Shown: positions 57,027 to 64,000 of the stretch, piece by piece
Layout: the number at the start of each line of letters is the position of its first letter
Numbering within the stretch: the first letter of the stretch is position 1
NCBI GenBank assembly: GCA_036630325.1
Contig: CP142727.1
Location: forward strand, 1,178,001-1,242,000
Reading direction: 5' to 3'
Length of the DNA stretch: 64,000 nt
Source: Vairimorpha necatrix
Taxonomy: Eukaryota
The notes under the pieces: generated by a model
Database searches by the model: none
What the model was told of the DNA's origin: nothing
Seen by the model: only the letters and a program-made list of their open reading frames with translations
Position numbers and translations under genes: made by a program

Positions 57027-59867
57027 TTATTGAGTCAAATATCCAATTTCACATAAACTACAAATCTCCCCTTCTTGACTTCGTACATAACAAAATGAAC
57101 ACACTTTCCCCTCACTGAAAAAATCTAAAATATCATAGCAGAATATTCCCTCGGGAATATCAAACATATCTTCGGGGTCCTCAAGCTTGAGAGCCTTCCT
57201 GATTATTTTGGGCTTATTTTCTTCACTAAAAACAAGGGCCTGTTTTTTGGCTTCTTTATAATTCCCATTCTTCAGGCATACACTCACATATTCCTGCTGG
57301 GCCAGTTTCTTATGCTCAGGCTTCAAATTTAGGGATGCAAAATATTTGGCAAAAATTATCTGCTTTCTTGGGTCTTCTTCCTTTTTACGGTACAATTGTG
57401 TATTGAGGCCAGAAATATATTCGCCCAAATTAAACCTCAAATCTTCACTGGATTCTTGAGTCGCCAGGGTGTAGAGGCAATTTCTGAATATTTCCAAGGC
57501 CTCAATAAAATTCCCCAGTGTAACAAGTCCATACGCCTTTTCTAAGGATGAATTTATATCAACTTTCTCGTATTTGATATTCTCTAGTAAATCTTTATTG
57601 TAATCTTGAATATTCATTTTCTCTAAATGTTCATTTAATTCCTTAAATCTTATTTTTTCTTTACCTCCAACTAATTTCTCTTGATTATTACTATCATTTA
57701 ATTTTTTAGTATCATTTTTGCCTTTCTTATTTAATTTTTTAGTATCAATTTTGCTTTTCTCATTATTATATTGTAAATAGAAATATTTTGTATCTTCTAA
57801 ATATAATCTTATTATTTTCTCTGTTTGTTCATCACAAATTTCTATCAATTCTTTTAATTTCTCTTTTTTATTAGTACAAATATATAGTATAAATAATTCA
57901 TACCACTCTTGTAAAAATATTAAACATTTCTCAGAAATCTCAAAATTCGCATTTTCTATTGCCACTTGACATAATTTCTCATACATCTGATGGTCTTGTT
58001 CTTCTTCACAATATTTAAAACATTCTTCAAATTTCCCTGTACTCAAGCAGAGCTCAAATCTCTGCTTTATATTTTTTATATAAGGCAAGGCTATGTCACC
58101 CTTGTGCTTTTTTATTAAAAAAGACAAGGGACTAAGTCCAGGCAGAGATCCTGATTCTATAATATCTGTAATAATATTCATATCTCCATTAATTATGACT
58201 TGTTTCTTGAAATTTATCTCTGTAATGTCAACTTCCATACTTTCTATACCTTCGTCAGATATGAAAAATATCAAGTCGTCTTTATAAAAGAAAGGGTAAA
58301 TGACAGAATCTAAGCTGATCAAAACACCCTGTTCAGAAAAAAGATATTTCAAATGTTTAGAAGTCGCGTATATGAAAATATCTTCATAGAAGAAACCTCC
58401 TCTAATATTTACTATTTCATTTTCTTGATTTATCAAATTCATATTCTCGTCATACAAAGCGATCTTATTCTTGGAAATAAAGGCGTATTCTTTTCCTAAT
58501 TCGGAAATGTAAACATTTTCACAGGGAAATCCCAAATTCACAGAGTCGACTAAACCTTCTCTCGTGTATCTCAATAATAAATTATTATTTACTACGAAGA
58601 AATATTTCTCATTACCAAATAATAAATCCCCTGCACAAGTCTCAAAAGACCTTAAAATATTTTGATCTAAATCTTTTATGATAATTTCCTTATCTTTCTT
58701 TTCTACTATCACTAAATCTTCATATAAAAATATTCCTTGTCCAGATCCCTGAACGATCTTCTTATTCTTCTCATAAATTTCATATCCTTGATTATGTCTA
58801 ATTAATAAAATATTCTCTAAAGAATTAATAGACTTAATTTCTCCTTCTGCTTTGCAGACTTTTCTCTCTGTGTTCAAATCTGAAAAATAGAAAAAATTAT
58901 TTTTATAATAAAAACATCCTTTCTTATTCGCTGATACTAATTTTGGTTCAGAATATTCTAAAATTTCAAATCCATTATCATGTCCTAATACAAAAAACCC
59001 ATTTTTACATTTTATTGTCCAATATCTTGTATCTAGAAAATGCTTAGTAGATTTTTTAGTCTTTAAATCGAAAATACAAAATAAACCATCTTCTCCTACG
59101 CTACATACAAAATTATTATAAAGAACAGAACCACTAACACATCCTTGATGAGCGAAAACACTTTCCCTTTCTAATAATTCATGTCTATAATCCCAGATTT
59201 TTACTTCTCTGTCATCTCCACCAGATAAAATTAAAATTTCATTATTTTCAAAATAAATTTCTATGAAATTTACACCTCTATCATGACCATGTACAATTTG
59301 TTTGACTATGACGTCAGGGACGAATTTGTTTGTTTTTTCAAACAAATTCTTACAGTCCCAAATTCTAATAGAATTATCTAAAGACCCACTTATAATAGTA
59401 TTCTCATCTAGAAATTTCGCACTCATTACATAATGAGAATGTCCTGTAGCAGTCGTTAGACATTTCCCAGTCATAAAATTCCAAATTTTTATTGTTTGAT
59501 CATCTGAAGCACTAATAATCCATGGTTTTGTAGGATGAAAATCGCAACTCCTTATAAAATCAGTGTGTCCTTTAAAAATTTTTAGTAATTTTCTTTTTGT
59601 ATAATCCCACATTCTTATTAATTTGTCATCTCCACAACTTACAAAGAAATCTCCATGAGGATGAAAACAGACAGATCTTATAGATCCTTGTTCAAGTTTA
59701 TTTGTATCTAAGAATTCGAAGATACAAGCATTTGAGTTGTAATCCCAGGCTTGAATTCTACCATCATGTAGACCAATGATAAAGATTGGTTTTACGGGGT
59801 GGAAATCTACAGATTTTACCCGTGTAGTTTGTTGACTCAAAAGGACTGTAATTTTTTTATCGATCAT
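57027..59867 (-). CDS. COP1: Coatomer subunit alpha (alpha-COP)
   Basis: RVKSVDFHPVKP, WD40 repeats (GHTDFIR...FHPTKPWIISASDDQTIKIWN; GHSHYVM; GHDRGVN) and terminal CSFC...CSLCEIG typical of alpha-COP. ATG at 59867 is preceded by GAAGGGCAAG; the TTG start at 59927 in the ORF track is unlikely. Confidence 0.95.
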   Translation of the reverse strand: MIDKKITVLLSQQTTRVKSVDFHPVKPIFIIGLHDGRIQAWDYNSNACIFEFLDTNKLEQGSIRSVCFHPHGDFFVSCGDDKLIRMWDYTKRKLLKIFKGHTDFIRSCDFHPTKPWIISASDDQTIKIWNFMTGKCLTTATGHSHYVMSAKFLDENTIISGSLDNSIRIWDCKNLFEKTNKFVPDVIVKQIVHGHDRGVNFIEIYFENNEILILSGGDDREVKIWDYRHELLERESVFAHQGCVSGSVLYNNFVCSVGEDGLFCIFDLKTKKSTKHFLDTRYWTIKCKNGFFVLGHDNGFEILEYSEPKLVSANKKGCFYYKNNFFYFSDLNTERKVCKAEGEIKSINSLENILLIRHNQGYEIYEKNKKIVQGSGQGIFLYEDLVIVEKKDKEIIIKDLDQNILRSFETCAGDLLFGNEKYFFVVNNNLLLRYTREGLVDSVNLGFPCENVYISELGKEYAFISKNKIALYDENMNLINQENEIVNIRGGFFYEDIFIYATSKHLKYLFSEQGVLISLDSVIYPFFYKDDLIFFISDEGIESMEVDITEINFKKQVIINGDMNIITDIIESGSLPGLSPLSFLIKKHKGDIALPYIKNIKQRFELCLSTGKFEECFKYCEEEQDHQMYEKLCQVAIENANFEISEKCLIFLQEWYELFILYICTNKKEKLKELIEICDEQTEKIIRLYLEDTKYFYLQYNNEKSKIDTKKLNKKGKNDTKKLNDSNNQEKLVGGKEKIRFKELNEHLEKMNIQDYNKDLLENIKYEKVDINSSLEKAYGLVTLGNFIEALEIFRNCLYTLATQESSEDLRFNLGEYISGLNTQLYRKKEEDPRKQIIFAKYFASLNLKPEHKKLAQQEYVSVCLKNGNYKEAKKQALVFSEENKPKIIRKALKLEDPEDMFDIPEGIFCYDILDFFSEGKVCSFCYVRSQEGEICSLCEIGYLTQ

Positions 59868-60394
59868 CTTGCCCTTCTTGGGAAAATTATTTATAAAGAA
59901 AAACAACATCCAATAAAAAAGAAACAAAAAGACATTTCACATGTTAATCCAGGAAAATGAACCATAAATTTCTTAACTAGGAACAAAGAGACTTATTTTA
60001 TCTAATTAGATTATAAAATAAAATATCATTTTCCTATTTTGTGCAAATGTTTTTCTTCGTCCTCAATTTACATTAAACAAAATCCATTTTAGAAGCATCT
60101 TATTTTACATGGTTACCTGGTTGTATGCTTTATTTATATTGAGCACAATCTCTTCATGATATTCTTGACTGCCTCTTCTATTATTAATCTACTTAACACA
60201 TTTATGTATACTTTATTATAGTAATAATGAGATCATATTTCATAAACTTTTCACCATGAAATACTTTTCTTTTTTTCTGTATTTCATGCAATTTTTTTCT
60301 TATTTATGCTTTTTTGCATAAATAAATTTGACAGTTTGTTTCAAAAAAGAAACAAACTATTTTATACATAAATAAAAACTTTTTACCCATAAAA

Positions 60395-63300
60395 ATGCAT
60401 AAACAGGAAGACGAAAATTCAGAAAAAGTTGATCAAGTTGAAAATTCCTTAATAAGAAGAAATCTTTCTAAACCCATTTCTCCTCGTAGTATCCCAGTCA
60501 AGCACAAGTCTGCTTTACCTAAACATTACAAATCCAGTATAGTAGAATACCAAAGTGCACTTGATCTAGAACCTAAAGAAGGTCTTTTCTTTTATTTAAA
60601 AATTCCTTCTTTAATTTTTCTTGGAGTTTTAGGAGGATATTTTGTTGGTAGATTTAGATTTAGTTTTCTTAATGTTTTGTTTGTTGGTTATGCAGTTTAT
60701 TTTGTTTATAAAAGAAAAGTTGATAAATTTACTACTAGTCTTAAATCTTTAGTACATGATAATGCAAGAAGAGAGAAATGTAAATATTCAGGGGAGACAG
60801 TAGAATGGATGAATTTTATTTTAAATAAGTTTTGGAAAGTAGCAGAGCCTGTTGTTTCTTCTGATATTTATCAGAATGTTAATAGGGAATTATTAAAAGT
60901 CTGTCCTCCTTTTCTTAGAGATTTGAGATTGACAGAGTTTACTTTAGGGAGTCGTGCTCCTGTGATAGAGCAGATTACTTTTCATTCTAGTAAAGAGAAT
61001 AAAGTGACACTTGATTGTTCAGTGTCTTTTATTCCTCTAGAGGCTACTGTAGATGCTATAGAATATTATTTAGGAGAAGATAAGCAGTGGAATTCTAAGA
61101 TTATTTTAAAAGCGAGATTAGGTACAAGAAATAATTTAGGAATTAATCTTCCAATTTTAGTAAAAGAGATTTGTTTTAAAGGGAGAATTAGAGCCACTTT
61201 AAATTTGATAAATAAGAATAATTTTATAAAAGATGTAGAAGTTTGTCTAATGGAAATTCCTCATTTTGATTTTACTTTAGTACCTCTTAAGATTGTTGAT
61301 ATTATGGATGTACCAGGATTAAGTACATGGATAAAGAAGACTATTATAAATGAAATGTCCAAATTAGTAATAAATCCGAATTCTATTACTATTGACATAG
61401 ATAAGATTTCTCAATCTCAAGGGTATGAAATAGGAGTAGCCTGTTTACAAATATTAAATTTGGAGAATGAAGAAGATGAGAAATTAACAGGAGAAATAGA
61501 TGTGGACAATATTCCCTTGTATCAGACTAATCAGAAGACAGGAAGAAATTTAGTATTTAATGAATATTTTTATACAATTTTACAGAATGTAGATGAAAAG
61601 ATAGGAATAAATTTCTATGGAGAGGGGAAAATAACAGGGCAAATATTCCTGAATTATGAAAACTTAAAAGAATCAGAAAAAACTAAAACCTTAGAAGATG
61701 GAAATGAACAAAATACAAATGGAAATTCAATATCTACAAATTCAAAACAAAGTCGTATGAAGAGAAATAAATTCGATAAAGTCAGATTAATTAAGAATGA
61801 ACAAACATATGCATATCTAAATACTAATCTGATATTTTACCCTATTACAAATATAAGGACTAATTCTGCTATTGTCACATTGAAACTTATAGGAGTAGAA
61901 AATATGTTAAGTTTAGATAATGATAAATCCTTATACTCAAGTTATTGTTGTATAATAGTCTCCCCTTTACATAAAGATAAGAATAGTATCCCTTTTGAAT
62001 ATATAAAAAATACTTCTAGTGCCGCGGCCCTTGTAGTGTCTCATGTATTAAAGACAGATGATCATGATATAAATAATATTAAGACAGGGAATAATTCCCT
62101 GTCTTTGAAACTCCTCCCTTCTTCAGATAGTACATTTTACATATTTGAATCTAAAAGGGTTTTTAATAATAATAGTCCAAATTATAATGAAATTTTCAAA
62201 TTTTTCAGTAGAGATTTACAAGTTGATGTAGTATCAATTTGTATAATAAATGATAGAAATTCAGAAATAATAGGCAGAGTTGGAATAAATTTACAAGATT
62301 TAGTAGAAGGGAAACCTATAAAATATAAATTGAAAGATGCACGATCTGGTACTTTAGAAGCCCAGTTTGATTTTCAATATATAAATTTAGAACAAGAAAA
62401 TAATAATTTTATAAATTATATTTCTGTACAGAAGATTACAGTAGAGACAGTCAGTGAACAGGGAATATTTTATGGGGTAGTAGAGACGAGTTTAGATATT
62501 TTCAAGATGGATCCTTTTACATCTTCCTTGCCTATAAAGAAGAGTATATTTGTACCAGTACATGATAATGATAAGATGAAGTTTAAGTTGTATAAAGAGA
62601 CGAGTAATGGAGATGTCTTTTTAGGAGAAGAAGAGATTTCTATAAATTACACAGGAGAATCAAAAAGATTAGGCCTGATTTTACCAGATAATATTTCAGT
62701 GGTATTAAGAATAGAAGGGGAATTTTTAGAAGATTTTAAAGGGAGTCCAAGTAAGAAAGAGAATCTTAAGATAATACAAGTACAATTTGGGGAATTCGAA
62801 GGATTAAATGAAGAAATATTTATAGAACTACTTAAAATTGATACTAGATATAATAATAACGAAAATAGTAATAACTCATTAGATAATAGATATACTAGTT
62901 CTAATTATAGATTAGATTCTAAGGTTGCTTCTGCTTATAGTAGAAATAAAAAGATAAATAATGTCTTCACTATTTTATTAGGAAATGAAGACCTCTTGGC
63001 TTTAGTCAAAGTTGCAGATCAAGGAGAAAATAGAATCTTAGGGAGTTTATTTTTACCCTTGAGATTTACAAATGAGAAGATTTCTTTTAATGAATTCGGC
63101 CTATCAGCAGATATAAAAGTCCAAATCCAGACTTGTAATTATTTCTTACCTTTAAATCTCAAGAAGGGTTTCTTAGAAATTTATATAAAATCTGCTAAGA
63201 ATCTTAAGTCTTCAGAGAGAGGAAGAGTCAATGCTTATGTCAAGGTCTTAGTAAATGATAATACTGTGTATAAGACTAAGTCTGCTTCAGAGAGTAATGA

Positions 63301-63589
63301 TCCCATATTTTATGAATCTTTTGTTATGCCTGTAGATAAAATCAGGGATATATTCTGTATACAGATTTATGATCAATATTCCAGTAGTAAGAATTCCTTA
63401 TTATGTTTTGTAGAGTTTCCTCTTCATAATATTTTAGAAGGGTTTAGTGAAGTAGATTTTAAGATGATGGATAGTAAGAGTTTTAAGAGGAGTGAGAGTA
63501 GTTTAAGAATAGGGTTTAATTTCTGTAGGGATAGTAAGACCCTTAAAGTGAAGAAGAGGAATATACTTGGGGATTTCTTTAATTTTTAA
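60395..63589 (+). CDS. Tricalbin / extended-synaptotagmin-like protein (TM hairpin, SMP domain, C2 domains), 1064 aa
   Basis: N-terminal hydrophobic hairpin; ETVEWMNFILNKFW, EFTLGSRAP and DIMDVPGLSTWI (SMP); C2 domains, e.g. GFLEIYIKSAKNL...NAYVKV...YKTK...DPIFYESF. Confidence 0.93.
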   Translation: MHKQEDENSEKVDQVENSLIRRNLSKPISPRSIPVKHKSALPKHYKSSIVEYQSALDLEPKEGLFFYLKIPSLIFLGVLGGYFVGRFRFSFLNVLFVGYAVYFVYKRKVDKFTTSLKSLVHDNARREKCKYSGETVEWMNFILNKFWKVAEPVVSSDIYQNVNRELLKVCPPFLRDLRLTEFTLGSRAPVIEQITFHSSKENKVTLDCSVSFIPLEATVDAIEYYLGEDKQWNSKIILKARLGTRNNLGINLPILVKEICFKGRIRATLNLINKNNFIKDVEVCLMEIPHFDFTLVPLKIVDIMDVPGLSTWIKKTIINEMSKLVINPNSITIDIDKISQSQGYEIGVACLQILNLENEEDEKLTGEIDVDNIPLYQTNQKTGRNLVFNEYFYTILQNVDEKIGINFYGEGKITGQIFLNYENLKESEKTKTLEDGNEQNTNGNSISTNSKQSRMKRNKFDKVRLIKNEQTYAYLNTNLIFYPITNIRTNSAIVTLKLIGVENMLSLDNDKSLYSSYCCIIVSPLHKDKNSIPFEYIKNTSSAAALVVSHVLKTDDHDINNIKTGNNSLSLKLLPSSDSTFYIFESKRVFNNNSPNYNEIFKFFSRDLQVDVVSICIINDRNSEIIGRVGINLQDLVEGKPIKYKLKDARSGTLEAQFDFQYINLEQENNNFINYISVQKITVETVSEQGIFYGVVETSLDIFKMDPFTSSLPIKKSIFVPVHDNDKMKFKLYKETSNGDVFLGEEEISINYTGESKRLGLILPDNISVVLRIEGEFLEDFKGSPSKKENLKIIQVQFGEFEGLNEEIFIELLKIDTRYNNNENSNNSLDNRYTSSNYRLDSKVASAYSRNKKINNVFTILLGNEDLLALVKVADQGENRILGSLFLPLRFTNEKISFNEFGLSADIKVQIQTCNYFLPLNLKKGFLEIYIKSAKNLKSSERGRVNAYVKVLVNDNTVYKTKSASESNDPIFYESFVMPVDKIRDIFCIQIYDQYSSSKNSLLCFVEFPLHNILEGFSEVDFKMMDSKSFKRSESSLRIGFNFCRDSKTLKVKKRNILGDFFNF

Positions 63590-63742
63590 AAAAATAGTCT
63601 AATATTATTATATTTAATATAGTCATGATTATATTTAATACAGTCTAATATATTGTATAATTATATTTAATATCTATTATTATATGTAGTAGATATTAGA
63701 AGCTTTTTCTTCTTTATATTTTTCTGATCCCTTAATTTTATA

Positions 63743-64000
63743 ATGCCCTCGTCTTATTCTTGGAAACAAGATCTCAATGAAGTCCAAGTCTCTTTCCCTC
63801 TTAAGGAATCAGACAAGATCAGGATAAAATCCACTATAAAAGACAGGAATATAAAAATAAAGTACAATGGGGAGATTGTACTAGAAGGAGTACTCTTTAA
63901 GAGGATACAAGTGGGCTTTGAGTTCTGGCTTAAAAATGAAGAAGATCAGACTATTGACTTCTTCTTCCCTAAGAAGGCGAATGACTGGTGGGAGTCACTC
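63743..64000 (+). CDS. NUDC: NudC-like CS/p23-domain protein, truncated by the window end
   Basis: ATCCCTTAATTTTATA-ATG start. MPSSYSWKQDLNEVQVSFPL...IVLEGVLFKRIQV...FW...PKKANDWWESL matches the NudC pattern YxWxQxLxEV...GxL...WW. Confidence 0.8.
   Translation, partial: MPSSYSWKQDLNEVQVSFPLKESDKIRIKSTIKDRNIKIKYNGEIVLEGVLFKRIQVGFEFWLKNEEDQTIDFFFPKKANDWWESL

Noticed and set aside
59868-59927. Hydrophobic N-terminal extension on alpha-COP in the ORF track
   Set aside because: The track start is TTG; homology begins at MIDKK (ATG 59867), which has a GGG upstream motif.

Overview
This is eukaryotic, very AT-rich, intronless DNA. Genes are preceded by the CCC/GGG motif typical of microsporidia, so the source is most likely a Nosema/Vairimorpha-like microsporidian (inferred, not proven). 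About 1-53 kb is gene-sparse. It holds a dead, rearranged Ty3/gypsy element, at least five Merlin (IS1595/ISXO2-type) transposon relics and several 3' remnants of a REL-type non-LTR retrotransposon. It also holds an intact 5.1-kb autonomous Helitron (20826-25954, minus strand) and four ~520-bp non-autonomous Helitrons stacked head-to-tail at two loci. Lineage-specific signal-peptide genes occur as well, including three intact ~720-770 aa paralogues plus a fourth, Helitron-interrupted pseudogene. Core genes in this part are a SAS-6-like gene, a miniature SUZ12-like gene and CTF18. From 53.9 kb the window is a dense housekeeping block: guanylate kinase, WW-HECT E3 ligase, alpha-COP, tricalbin and NudC (truncated by the window edge). 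The most notable observations are four. (i) Helitrons repeatedly sit within 0-4 bp of another Helitron's 5' end, although neighbouring units are divergent. (ii) An almost invariant 54-bp hairpin-containing core lies inside otherwise divergent non-autonomous Helitrons. (iii) A SAS-6 homologue occurs in a lineage without centrioles. (iv) A 296-aa SUZ12-like protein is present. All protein assignments come from visual motif recognition; no database search was run.
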